From Candidatus Levyibacteriota bacterium (lineage in GTDB: Bacteria > Patescibacteriota > Microgenomatia > Levybacterales > UBA12049): DNA of 64,000 nucleotides. The notes under the pieces are model-generated. The model did not search any database. It was not told where the DNA came from and saw only the letters and a list, made by a program, of their open reading frames with translations. Made by a program: the position numbers and the translations under genes. The stretch's first letter is position 1, and every line of letters begins with the position of its first letter. Shown piece after piece: positions 8,020-19,000 of this stretch. The stretch spans positions 69,416 to 133,415 of the forward strand of contig JACROF010000002.1 of NCBI GenBank assembly GCA_016214555.1. The letters run 5' to 3'.

Positions 8020-10281
8020 ATGAGATGCATAAAATTGCTTTTACTTCTTTTGCTTGGTTTCTTAGTTTTTTCTACAAGCTCTAAGTCATTTGCTTCACCT
8101 CCTCAAGACCTACCTGTCATAACTGTGATCAATATGATACGAGGAAATGCATTGGGAAGAGAACATAGCGACCTCCTCCCAAGACTCCAATCACAATGGG
8201 AGGATACAAAAAATCATAACATTGCCGCCACGTGGCTCTGGCAATATGACGCATTAAAGAATGAAAAACTAACTTCTTATGCAAAGTCTGAGCTTAAAAA
8301 TCAAGAATTCGGATTATTTCTTGAGGTTGATAAAAATTTTGCACAAGACTCAATTGTTTTGTACAGAGGAAGGGGGCCGTGGTATTTTTCAGACGGTTTA
8401 TTTACCTTTTCTTATGATCTTCCTGAGAGAAATAGGCTTATTGATACACTTTTTTCCCAATTTAGAAGTGTATTTGGTTATTACCCAAAGACTGTCGGGG
8501 CGTGGTGGGTGGATGCAGACGCTCTTTCTTACATGCAACAAAAATACGGTATAACTTCCGCACTTAGAGCTGCTGACCAATACGATTTAGATGTCTACTC
8601 TATATGGGGAACTCCTTGGGGTGTACCTTATCTATCATCAATAGAAAATGCTGGAATACCCGCGAATTCATTTGATCAGAGTTCTCAGGTTGTAGTAATG
8701 CAATGGGCCCCACGCGATCCGCTCAAGGCGTATGGCAACAAATCAGAAAACGGAACTTTTAGTCTTCAGGATTACGAACTTAAAAAGTACGACCAGAAGT
8801 ATTTTAACTATCTTGCGGCCATGTATTTGAAAAAACCACAAGATCAGATTGTTGTCGGACTTGAAAATGACGGTGACGAGGAGACATTTATTGTAGGTGG
8901 CCATTACAACAACCTATTGCGTGCTGTGTCAGTGCTTGTGAGTGAGAAAAAGGCAAAAGTCATGCTTACAAAGGATTATGCTGACACGTTTTTGAAAAAT
9001 AAGTCTGTTTTCTCTCCAACAAATTATTTTCTCAGCAAGGATTTTGAGGGGGAGAATCAAGCTTTTTGGTATAACGGATCTCATTACAGAATAGGCATTC
9101 AAAAAAAAGGTACAGAAATTTCTGTGATAGATTTGAGAGATTATCGTATAAAAACGCAAGAGGACTTCTCAGTTCTTCCCAACTCACAAGGCATGCTTCG
9201 TATCTATGTACCACCACTTATTGACTCAGCTGCATTTCCTGAAAGAAAAAAACTCTTGTTATCGTCTCATCAGCCACTTTCCATAAAAGAAGAGCTAGGT
9301 CAAATCGTGCTTTTAAGTGGAGATAAAAAGATTGGAGTCTTTAATGATAGATCTTTCACCTTGTCCAATTCTTCAGTCTCACTTCCTACGATTTCCCAAA
9401 ATGGTTATGTTTTGCCATTTTCTTTATCTCTCATATTTTGCATGGCATACATAATTGCTATGCGGAAAAGGATTGCCAAAAGAGATCAGATAATTCTTGC
9501 GACAATCTATTTGATTGCTCTATTTTTTGCTGGAGATTTTCAATTCACAAAAGACACTATCATGTTTGACAAAAAGATGATAATTTTTTCAGTTTTATTT
9601 CCACTTATCCCAGTTTTCTCAGCCAAAATATATCTTTCTTTTTTTGTAGTTCCTTTCTTACTTTTTCTTGCAGCTCATGCCTATATTACAATTCGGTACC
9701 CATTAAGAAAGTTTCTTATTATTTTTCCTTCCCTCATGTTAATCAGCACATATGCACATGTGCCTTATTTTCCACTTGATAAGACTACTTATATAGAAAC
9801 AGCGGTTGGACTTGCATTAGTATTTGCGATCATCTTCCTTGTTGCAGTAGCAATCTATCTTAAGACTAAGAATAAGAAGACACTGATAGTAACCTTATTC
9901 GGAATGCCATTTGCCCTTGCTATAGTTGTAGGTGTAATTTTCCTTTCTCGAACCAGACTTATTATTCCTCCGTTTGAGACCCAGGCGTTGAAGGTTGTTG
10001 AAGAGAGAAAAAAGAACGTATGGTACTTGTATCCTTCCCAAAAACCAATTTATAAAGCCACAAAACCTGCTCTTCTTGACAACTATTATGTTGAGGAGAA
10101 ATTAACAGGAGTGAACTGGACCACGTTTTTAAGAAATGGTGAGAAATTAGATGTGGTAGATTATCAAAACAAGCTTCTGGTAGTTCCTCGATTTTTAGGG
10201 TCAAATGTATCAGATCAGGAAGTGGAAAAACTTGGTCTTAAGAAAATTTTTGACAACTCTCAGATTGCAATATTTGAATAG
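8020..10281 (+). CDS. Membrane protein with an extracytoplasmic, possibly carbohydrate-active, domain and a C-terminal multi-TM region
   Basis: Signal peptide; ATWLWQYDAL..FGYYPKTVGAWW resembles a deacetylase/glycosidase barrel; hydrophobic C-terminal third. Confidence 0.65.
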   Translation: MRCIKLLLLLLLGFLVFSTSSKSFASPPQDLPVITVINMIRGNALGREHSDLLPRLQSQWEDTKNHNIAATWLWQYDALKNEKLTSYAKSELKNQEFGLFLEVDKNFAQDSIVLYRGRGPWYFSDGLFTFSYDLPERNRLIDTLFSQFRSVFGYYPKTVGAWWVDADALSYMQQKYGITSALRAADQYDLDVYSIWGTPWGVPYLSSIENAGIPANSFDQSSQVVVMQWAPRDPLKAYGNKSENGTFSLQDYELKKYDQKYFNYLAAMYLKKPQDQIVVGLENDGDEETFIVGGHYNNLLRAVSVLVSEKKAKVMLTKDYADTFLKNKSVFSPTNYFLSKDFEGENQAFWYNGSHYRIGIQKKGTEISVIDLRDYRIKTQEDFSVLPNSQGMLRIYVPPLIDSAAFPERKKLLLSSHQPLSIKEELGQIVLLSGDKKIGVFNDRSFTLSNSSVSLPTISQNGYVLPFSLSLIFCMAYIIAMRKRIAKRDQIILATIYLIALFFAGDFQFTKDTIMFDKKMIIFSVLFPLIPVFSAKIYLSFFVVPFLLFLAAHAYITIRYPLRKFLIIFPSLMLISTYAHVPYFPLDKTTYIETAVGLALVFAIIFLVAVAIYLKTKNKKTLIVTLFGMPFALAIVVGVIFLSRTRLIIPPFETQALKVVEERKKNVWYLYPSQKPIYKATKPALLDNYYVEEKLTGVNWTTFLRNGEKLDVVDYQNKLLVVPRFLGSNVSDQEVEKLGLKKIFDNSQIAIFE

Positions 10282-10283
10282 TG

Positions 10284-10356
10284 TCGGGGAGACAGGATTC
10301 GAACCTGCGGCCTCACGGTCCCAAACCGCGCGCGCTACCAACTGCGCCACTCCCCG
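10284..10356 (-). tRNA. tRNA-Pro(TGG)
   Basis: CGGGGAG acceptor; anticodon loop TTTGGGA. Confidence 0.95.
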
Positions 10357-10379
10357 AGGAAGCTTATTATACCATTATG

Positions 10380-10463
10380 TGCCGCGGGGGGGACTCGAAC
10401 CCCCACGTCCTTTTAGAACAGGGGCTCTTAAGGCCCCCGTGTATACCATTTCACCACCGCGGC
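10380..10463 (-). tRNA. tRNA-Leu(TAA)
   Basis: GGGGC-CTTAAGA-GCCCC arm; long variable arm. Confidence 0.95.
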
Positions 10464-10501
10464 AGAATATAACACTCTGTATTTTACTTGAATCTGAGGC
10501 T

Positions 10502-11863
10502 TTATTCAATTGCGCGCAGCATATCTCGTCTCCCAATACCTGTACGGTAGTGCAAATTATCACCCTCAACACTTACATGGGAAATACTAGCATACGCCTG
10601 TGCTCTTGCTTCACCAAGACTTGATCCAGATCCCACCACGTAGAAAAGTCTTCCACCACTAACTCTCCACTCGTCTCCAACTCTTGTCATACCAGCACCT
10701 CTAATAACAGCGCCTTCTTGATATGCATCTTCAAGTCCAAAAATTCTTTTGTTTTTTGCCTTATCATAATTTCCTGGATAACCTCTTGACGCACCAGTTA
10801 CAGCTACTCTATGAAAACGGTCTCTACCAAGCGTCATTCCACCTAAATTCCTAGTGGCAATAGCCATATTGATATCATAATAATTTTGGAGTCCAGGGAC
10901 TATCACTTGAGCTTCGGGGTCTCCTAATCGAGAATTTATCTCAACCACTCTAACATGCGGGTTATTGTCACTATCTCTTGTTACCATCCCGCTTACATAA
11001 ATCACACCCTGGTAGTCAATTCCTTCTCTCATGAGACCCTCCATAAGAGGTTCAACCACTTTGTCATGAGTTAGCCGAGCAATCTGCTCTGACATTAGAT
11101 TTGTGGGACTATTACTCCCCATACTCCCCGTGTTTTCTCCTGCATCGAAGTCGTAGGCTGTTTTGTAATCAACAGCCGTTCCAACCTCCTGGTAGTCACG
11201 ACCATCTGTAAAGATAAAGTGAGAAAATTCATCTCCTGGTGTCCCATCTGCATTTTTCATCCATTCCTCAACGACAATCTTTTGCGCAGCATGCGGATAT
11301 CTCGCTCTTAATTCCGCAAAGCGCTCCAAAACCTGCTCTTTATTCTCAGCGGGCATTGCACCTTTTCCTTCAGCTAAGTACGCTGCTTTAGTGAAATAGG
11401 GGACATCAGGCATGTTTTCTAGAAGCTGCAGCAACTCCTCCTCACTTTCTGCCACTGCATACGCAGGCCCTGGAACAAGTCCTAGGCTTCTCATATATGC
11501 CTTATCCCATTCAAGTTTTCCGGCCATCCTATCTGCGCCTACTACTAATGCGCCCTGACTTCGCAACCTTCCAGCAACATTCCCCGCAATTGCATCGTCC
11601 TGTGCGACATCAATCATGTCAAACTTACCATCTTGGAGCACATCTACAATTGCATCGCTGTTTTTGAGACTGATATTCTTATGAAGAGTCACGGGTATAC
11701 CAAATTCTCTTTCAATATCATATTTTGTGTAATCGTTGCCTGGGACAAGTGTGACATCATTAACTTTGCCGCTTTCTGCCAAAGCGCTGATGATGGCGTG
11801 TCCACGACCACCTCCATCAACCACAGCTACACGACCAGTCTGAGAGAATTCTGTTTTAATCAT
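10502..11863 (-). CDS. purD: Phosphoribosylamine-glycine ligase (divergent)
   Basis: GGGRGHA, PGN, LAEGKG, GENTGSMG, EINSRLGDPEAQ, ASRGYPG, SGGR and HYRTGIG motifs. Confidence 0.85.
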   Translation of the reverse strand: MIKTEFSQTGRVAVVDGGGRGHAIISALAESGKVNDVTLVPGNDYTKYDIEREFGIPVTLHKNISLKNSDAIVDVLQDGKFDMIDVAQDDAIAGNVAGRLRSQGALVVGADRMAGKLEWDKAYMRSLGLVPGPAYAVAESEEELLQLLENMPDVPYFTKAAYLAEGKGAMPAENKEQVLERFAELRARYPHAAQKIVVEEWMKNADGTPGDEFSHFIFTDGRDYQEVGTAVDYKTAYDFDAGENTGSMGSNSPTNLMSEQIARLTHDKVVEPLMEGLMREGIDYQGVIYVSGMVTRDSDNNPHVRVVEINSRLGDPEAQVIVPGLQNYYDINMAIATRNLGGMTLGRDRFHRVAVTGASRGYPGNYDKAKNKRIFGLEDAYQEGAVIRGAGMTRVGDEWRVSGGRLFYVVGSGSSLGEARAQAYASISHVSVEGDNLHYRTGIGRRDMLRAIE

Positions 11864-11904
11864 CTGAACTTACTATAGTTGCCGTTTTTGCTGAATGCAA
11901 GACC

Positions 11905-12867
11905 TTATTGATGAGATGGGGGAGTAATCTTCAAACTCAGGAGAGAAAAATCAAGAAAATGTTTCATTTCTTCACGCCTATTTTCGCTATTGAGTAAAAT
12001 CCCTACGATACTGTGACCTTTATACTCAAGTAGTGTTATCAGACACATACCAGCTTCTGGTGTATAGCCTGTTTTGACACCTTTTACACCAGGATATGTT
12101 GTTAGAAGATTTGTTTCATTATAAAGCGTGTAAGATTGATGAGTACCTGTTGCGGGCAAGGTGTGTTCATATGTTGAAACAATTTTCCTAAAAACAGGAA
12201 AGTTATCGAGTGCATATTTTGTAATGACCAACAAATCCAAAGCTGTTGTGTATTGCTGCCCATCTCCTTGAAGACCTGAAGGATTACTAAAATGAGTGTC
12301 ATCAAGCCCCATTGCCTTTACCTTATCATTCATCGCATCAATAAAAGCTTTTCTTCCACCAACATAATTTGATGCAATAACCTCAGCTGCATCATTTCCT
12401 GATGGAAGCATCAGTCCATAGAGCAATTCTTCAAGAGAAAATATTTCTCCAGGCAACACTCCCATACTATCCTCGCCAACAAGATTCTCGGCTCGCACGA
12501 CATATCTATCATCATGCCTCTTATTCTCTAAAGCAACAATTGCTGTCATAATTTTTGTGAGAGATGCCATCGGAAGTCTCTTTGAGCTTTGGTAAGAATA
12601 CATTGACTTATTCGTCGACAGATTATAAAGAAGTACTGCTCTTGCAGTGAAAGTTGGCGGTGAAGCTTCTGCCTGAAACTTTTCAACAATAGGTGACCAA
12701 AAGTCTAATAGTGTCACCTGCTTATTAACACCTACCGTCAAAAAATCAGGGAGAGGCGAGAGGTACTTTGACTGGCCAACATGTGAAGGAATAAAGATAT
12801 ACATAATAAGGAGGATGCATAAGGCAAGAAGAGTGATGCTAACAAGATACCCAAAAAATGAGCGCAT
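11905..12867 (-). CDS. D-alanyl-D-alanine carboxypeptidase (peptidase S11)
   Basis: SxxK (MASLTKIMT), SGN and KTG motifs; N-terminal TM. Confidence 0.92.
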   Translation of the reverse strand: MRSFFGYLVSITLLALCILLIMYIFIPSHVGQSKYLSPLPDFLTVGVNKQVTLLDFWSPIVEKFQAEASPPTFTARAVLLYNLSTNKSMYSYQSSKRLPMASLTKIMTAIVALENKRHDDRYVVRAENLVGEDSMGVLPGEIFSLEELLYGLMLPSGNDAAEVIASNYVGGRKAFIDAMNDKVKAMGLDDTHFSNPSGLQGDGQQYTTALDLLVITKYALDNFPVFRKIVSTYEHTLPATGTHQSYTLYNETNLLTTYPGVKGVKTGYTPEAGMCLITLLEYKGHSIVGILLNSENRREEMKHFLDFSLLSLKITPPSHQ

Positions 12868-12891
12868 GAAAAAATTGTATCACGGAGTATA

Positions 12892-13734
12892 ATGATGACA
12901 ATGGAAAAAACACTTTCTGTACTATCTTTTAATGTCTACGGAACTCCTTTTGTCCCTCATAAGTTGCTCAAAACACTCATGAGAAATAACATCAGGAAAA
13001 GATTTCGATTGATAGCAAAAGAGATCAATTTATTATCACCTGATGTTGTCCTATTACAGGAAGTTCACGATTACTTTCATCTGCATTATATGATGAAATT
13101 TTTGAGTGAATACCCGCACTCATTTTACCGTCACAGCTACTTTGGACCACGCGGTGGACTTGTGATAATAAGCAAACATCAACTTGGACAAAAACACTAC
13201 ATCGATTTTCATACAAGAGGGAAGTACTTTGACAAGTCAATCACAGGGCACCTCTCTGGTAAAGGAGTGCTCTTGGCTCGTATTAAAAGTACTGATGTAT
13301 ATCTTCTTAATACACACCTTACGCAAAACTCGCTTCACAACTGGGATGTAGAAAGTAATTACGTTCGAATTCTTAAATCACAACTTATTCAACTCGGACA
13401 ATTGGTAAATACGTTCACTACTCGAAAAAAATCTCTCATTTTGGCTGGAGATTTTAATATGCCCAAGAACTCTGTCTATTACCATGAATTTTTGCAGGAG
13501 ACAAAACTTTTGGACTCTTTTAAAAACGATTCATTTACAACGTATCATCAATCATTTCTTCCAAAAGGAGCAAGCGTTGGAAGACTCGATTTCATCTTTT
13601 CTACCTCTTCTTTAAAAACAACAAAAACTGCATATTTTTTAAAAAAACCAGTAATAATTGATGAGAAGGAATGGTATTTATCAGACCATATTGGACTCTA
13701 CTGTATTTTTAAGTTCGAAAAGTTGTTACAATAA
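12892..13734 (+). CDS. Endonuclease/exonuclease/phosphatase family protein
   Basis: SFN, LQEV, NTHL, GDFN, LDFIF and SDH motifs. Confidence 0.9.
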   Translation: MMTMEKTLSVLSFNVYGTPFVPHKLLKTLMRNNIRKRFRLIAKEINLLSPDVVLLQEVHDYFHLHYMMKFLSEYPHSFYRHSYFGPRGGLVIISKHQLGQKHYIDFHTRGKYFDKSITGHLSGKGVLLARIKSTDVYLLNTHLTQNSLHNWDVESNYVRILKSQLIQLGQLVNTFTTRKKSLILAGDFNMPKNSVYYHEFLQETKLLDSFKNDSFTTYHQSFLPKGASVGRLDFIFSTSSLKTTKTAYFLKKPVIIDEKEWYLSDHIGLYCIFKFEKLLQ

Positions 13735-13738
13735 TGCA

Positions 13739-14512
13739 ATGGACATTGTTCATGCTGTTATTCTGGGAGCAGTAGAGGGAATTACAGAATTTCTTCCTAT
13801 TTCATCAACAGGTCATCTTATTCTAACCTCTCATTTTCTCAAAATCACACAGACTGAATTTGCTAAAAGTTTTGAGATTATTATTCAACTTGGTGCAATC
13901 TTGGCTATCATAACTCTTTACTGGAGATCTCTTTTTGTTCAAAGGTCCAATTGGCCAAAGCTTTTTTTGGCATTTGCACCAACAGCTTTAGTAGGATTCA
14001 CCCTCTATCCATTTATTAAAGATATTCTTCTTTCAAGTCCTAACGTGACACTTGTATCATTATTTGTCGGTGGAATTGTACTTATAATCATCGAAAAAAC
14101 GCACAAAGAGCGCGATTTCCATACTGACAGCATTTCTCACATCACAAATAGACAGGCTGTACTTATTGGGATGTATCAATCAATCTCTGTTATCCCAGGA
14201 GTCTCAAGAGCAGGAGCGACCATCATTGGTGGCATGCTAACTGGTGCGAAGAGAAAAGTTGCTGTTGAGTTCTCGTTTTTATTAGCAGTTCCAACTATTC
14301 TTGCTGCAACACTTTTAGACCTTTCTCATTCATATCAAACATTTTCAGTACAAGACCTTCATTTGTTACTTGTTGGATTTTGTTCATCATTTGTCGTTGC
14401 ATTTTTCACTGTTAAATTTTTTGTAACATACATTACAAAAAACAATTTTATATTGTTTGGAGTTTATAGAATTTTTATTGCCATATTTTATTGGATATTT
14501 CTTCTTCGCTAG
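13739..14512 (+). CDS. uppP: Undecaprenyl-diphosphatase
   Basis: VEGITEFLPISSTGHL and PGVSRAGATI motifs. Confidence 0.95.
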   Translation: MDIVHAVILGAVEGITEFLPISSTGHLILTSHFLKITQTEFAKSFEIIIQLGAILAIITLYWRSLFVQRSNWPKLFLAFAPTALVGFTLYPFIKDILLSSPNVTLVSLFVGGIVLIIIEKTHKERDFHTDSISHITNRQAVLIGMYQSISVIPGVSRAGATIIGGMLTGAKRKVAVEFSFLLAVPTILAATLLDLSHSYQTFSVQDLHLLLVGFCSSFVVAFFTVKFFVTYITKNNFILFGVYRIFIAIFYWIFLLR

Positions 14513-14610
14513 TCTTGACTCTAGGCTTGAAAGAAGCTATACTCGATAACGCACTACATCCACTACGCTCCCTCGTTTTTGGTTAACTCTGCATCCTGTA
14601 GTTATATAAT

Positions 14611-16068
14611 ATGATATCTCGATCTACTCTTATAAAAGAGCTTTCATTTTCTAGACTTAAAACTAAGATCAGTAAATCAAAACGTTACCAACGTACTGTC
14701 AAATTTGTTGAGAAAAAACCGTTTTCTAGCTTTTTGGTTAGTCTTGGCATACTACTTTTTATCCTCATTCTTGGCAACATCATAGGAAATCTCGGGAAGA
14801 AAACAGCAGAACCACACATACCAACTAAAGAAGTAAAAATTTATAGCATTGGCAAAGCACCAACGGTTGCTCTTCAGGCACAAGTTGAGAGAAATGGGAT
14901 TATAAAAATTGTAGCTCAAGCACCTGGAATCGTTCAAAAGGTACATGTCTTAGAGGGGCAGACGGTAAGTAAGGGACAGACTCTTGTCTCTTTCTCCTCA
15001 AATTACCAAGGAGGAAATGCAGCAGGCCTTCAAGTTCAGCTTGCAGGAGTACAACTTAAAAATGTCAACGAAACATACTCACTCCAAAAAAACATATTGA
15101 ACAGGCAAAGAGATATTGCAACTGCCTCAGCTCAAAATACCGACCAGCTAAGACAAATTACCGAGAAATCTCTTGGTGAGACCAGAGATCTGCTCGCTCT
15201 TAATGAAAGCATGTTAACAAGCCTCAATGATCAAATTACACAAAAGGAGCTAGCAAATCCTTCAGACCCTGAACTTCCTGGCCTTCGCGCATCACAAGCA
15301 CAACTTCAAGCAGGAGTTAATCAGCTTCGTGGTAGCGTCCGGTCGATTGAGTACCAAGTTAATACAGAAAAGCCCCCAACTCTTTTAAGTAACCTGCAAA
15401 AAGAGATCACAGTTAAACAACTCGAAATCCAAGATAAAGCTCTTGAGCTTAATAAGACAGTAAGTAAGATACAGTACAATCTTGCACTCGTACAGGAGGG
15501 AATTATGCACCCCGCATCTCCTTTTTCTGGCGTCGTGCAGAGAGTACATGTACACGAGGGTGAAAATGTAAGTCCAGGTACTGTTGTTGCTGTTGTTGCA
15601 AGCAATCAAGGTAGCTCAACAATTATTCTTAGAGCTCCTCGAGAAATAGCAGAGTCTGTCTCTCGCATAGAAGCAAGTGGATTGTTGATTGGAAATAAAG
15701 TTATTGCGGCAACCCCGTCATACGTCTCAACTGTCGCAACAGATGGGCAACTTTACTCTATTATCTACACACTTCCTGATGGGGTTGAGGAGTCACTAAA
15801 TGACGGTGAATACATTCAAATTTCTGTTCCTGTTGGCTATGCTGACACCAACAGTGTTGTTCCTTTCGTTCCTATCGATTCTGTTTACGAATCTCAATCT
15901 GAATCAAACATCTTTGTTGCTAAAAATGGAAAAGTTATTTCCAAAAAAGTTGTGGTAGGAGATGTCTTTGGACAATATGTTCAAGTAATGAGTGGTCTTC
16001 AAAATGGCGACCAAGTTATTCTTAGCCGCAATGTTATTGCAGGAGATAAAGTAGTTATCAAGCAATAG
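14611..16068 (+). CDS. RND efflux periplasmic adaptor (membrane fusion protein)
   Basis: N-terminal TM, lipoyl-like halves, coiled coil, C-terminal SGLQNGDQVI. Confidence 0.85.
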   Translation: MISRSTLIKELSFSRLKTKISKSKRYQRTVKFVEKKPFSSFLVSLGILLFILILGNIIGNLGKKTAEPHIPTKEVKIYSIGKAPTVALQAQVERNGIIKIVAQAPGIVQKVHVLEGQTVSKGQTLVSFSSNYQGGNAAGLQVQLAGVQLKNVNETYSLQKNILNRQRDIATASAQNTDQLRQITEKSLGETRDLLALNESMLTSLNDQITQKELANPSDPELPGLRASQAQLQAGVNQLRGSVRSIEYQVNTEKPPTLLSNLQKEITVKQLEIQDKALELNKTVSKIQYNLALVQEGIMHPASPFSGVVQRVHVHEGENVSPGTVVAVVASNQGSSTIILRAPREIAESVSRIEASGLLIGNKVIAATPSYVSTVATDGQLYSIIYTLPDGVEESLNDGEYIQISVPVGYADTNSVVPFVPIDSVYESQSESNIFVAKNGKVISKKVVVGDVFGQYVQVMSGLQNGDQVILSRNVIAGDKVVIKQ

Positions 16069-16075
16069 TATATGT

Positions 16076-19000
16076 ATGAAAACAGAAACATCCTATCTTC
16101 ATCATCTCAGGTTTGATTCAAGGCTTAAGAACTCCTTTGTTGCAAAATACCTTTCAAATCCTCGCCTTGTCATACTATTGCTACTCACAATCATCGGTAT
16201 TGGAGCAACAAGTTACGCCTCTCTCCCCAGAAGAGTTAATCCTGAGATTAACATTCCAATTATTGTTGTTAGCACTGTTCTTCCGGGAGCAAATCCACAA
16301 GATGTTGAGTCACTTGTTAGTCAACCGATAGAGGACGGTATTGATAGTGTCGCAAATATCAAAACAGTCTCATCAACTTCTCAAGAAAATGTCTCTATTG
16401 TGCAAATAGAATTCAATTCAGGAATAGATCCAGATAAGGCTCGAGGCGACATTCAGTCTGCGATAGACCAAGTTGAGTTGCCAACAGACGCTCTTTCTCC
16501 AAAAGTCATTAAGATTGACTTTGAAAACCAACCCGTCTGGACGTTTACTCTTATTGGCAAAGGAGATGTGGCGAGCCTGTCCCGATTTGCGATAAAACTT
16601 AAAAATGATTTGGAAAATAAGTCTAGTATTGACAACGCTACCACAAATGGACTTGAAGAGAGAGAAATCAGCGTCATCATCGATCCTTCTCGCATTGCAA
16701 CTTACGGCATTACTCCGTTTCAACTTTCATCACTTGTGAAAGCATCTGTTGGATCATTTCCTGCAGGAACAGTCCTTACTCAAAATTCAAGCTTTGCACT
16801 TAGTATTGATCCAGCGGTTACCTCAGTTGAAGATGTCAGAAATCTCCAGCTAAATATCCAAGGAACTATTGTCCCACTTTCGTCTATTGCAACCATTACA
16901 GAACGGTCAAAACCAAATCAGTCTCCCTCATACTTTGCATCTCATACGCGAGAGCCCGAAAGATCAATAACTTTTAATGTGTACAAAACATCAACAGCAA
17001 ACATTGACCAAGCCACCAAGGATGCAGAAAAAATTGTTCATGAAAATATTGCATCGTATAAAGGGCAGTTTGAAACACTTACTATTGTCAATTCTGGAGA
17101 ACTGATTAACGAACAATTTAATGAGCTTATTCGAGACTTTAGCATCACTACTATTCTTGTATTTATCGTATTATTTGTTTTTCTAGGAGCGAGACAAGCT
17201 TTTGTCTCATTTTTTGCAGTTCCACTAACATTTCTTATTAGCTTTTCTGTCATGAAATTTACCGGAATATCGCTTAACTTTTTATCGATGTTTTCTCTAC
17301 TCTTATCTCTTGGGCTTCTCGTAGACGACACCATTGTAGTTATCTCAGCAATGACTTCTTATTATCGGTCAAAGAAGTTTACTCCGCTTGAAACCGGGCT
17401 ATTAGTATGGAAAGACTTTCTTACACCAATTCTAACAACCACACTCACAACTGTTTGGGCATTTTTGCCTCTTCTTTTGTCAACGGGAATTATTGGTGAA
17501 TTTATTAAGGCTATCCCTATTGTCGTCTCGAGCACTCTTCTTGCATCACTTGCTGTCGCATTGCTAGTAACACTACCCCTTATGATTATTCTTCTAAAAC
17601 CTGCTATCCCCTCACGTGTTGTAGTGCTTTTTAGAATACTTTTTGTAATGTTTCTCCTCTCGATTTTTGCTTTCATCGTCCCGAAAGGAATTTTTCTACC
17701 ATTTGCATTCCTTGCTCTCTTTGTCTTTCTTTTTGTCACAGCCAAGGCTAGACTTGGTCTTGTTCGGAAATCAAAAATCTTTATTGAAAAAACAAAAAGA
17801 AATCACCAATCCCTCAAAGTTGCACCATCATTTATTGACAACGGAGTTTTTGATTTTGGAAGATTTAGCATAAAGTATCGAAGAGCACTCGCTAAAATTC
17901 TTGCAACAAAAGAAAACAGGAGAAGAGCGGTTTTTATGGTGATCACTTTCTCTCTATTTTCTTACCTTCTTGTTCCATTCGGCTTTGTAAAGAGTGAATT
18001 CTTTCCAAAAAGCGACCAGGATTTTGTCTATGTTTCCGTAGAACTTCCTGCTGGAACAAATACTGATACAGCAGAGAAGGAGTCTCTCTATTTACTCAAA
18101 ACACTGAGAAATACAAAAGATGTCTCCTACGTGATCGTAGATATTGGTCAGGCATTTTCACAAAGTGGTGGCCAGGCAAGCTCAGGCAGCAATAACATCC
18201 TCTATTCACTTGTATTGCCAAAAAATCGCTCATCATCATCAATTGACATTGCACAAAACCTCAGAGACACTCTGAGTGGCTACACACCTGGAAAACTAAC
18301 AGTAACAGAGGAAAGCGGTGGCCCTCCTGCTGGTGCGGATGTGCAGATAAAATTGTTTGGTGATGACATTCCAACCATTGATAGCTACGCCAATAATGTT
18401 GTCTCGTACCTAGAAAAGCAAAAAGGTACGACAGACATTTCAAAGTCAATCAAGCCTGGAACGAGTAAGATTGTCTTTGTACCAAATCAGACAAAACTTT
18501 TACAAAACAATCTAACACAAGATCAAGTAGGAATATGGCTTCGAAGTTTTGCGAGTGGATTTACTCTTGACTCGGTCAAGTTTGGCAACGAAGCAGTACC
18601 TGGCAACAAGAAGCAAGACATTACTTTTCGAATGAGCCCCAAGCTTGAAAGCGTTTCAGACATTTCAACACTAAGTATTCCAACACAATCAGGACCAGTT
18701 GCCATCAGTAGTCTAGGAAAGCTAAAGCTAGAATCAAATCCTACTCTTATCACAAGGGAAGACGGCAAAAGAACGATCTCGATTACTGCAACTGTGACAA
18801 AAGGATATCAAGCATCAGAGATTAATAAAAATCTAGAGAGCTATGCAGATAACAACCTCAATCTACCAGATGGGTATAGCTGGAAAACAGGAGGAGCAAA
18901 TGAAGAAAATCAAAATTCAGTTACCTCAATTCTTGCTGCCATGCTTCTATCATTTCTTCTTATCGTCGTCACTATGGTAATTCAATTTGGATCTTTCAGA

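Noticed and set aside
10205-10624. ORFs overlapping tRNA-Pro/Leu (likewise 5602-5889, 7893-8084, 54496-54741, 56954-57205)
   Set aside because: Shadow ORFs across tRNA genes or repeats.
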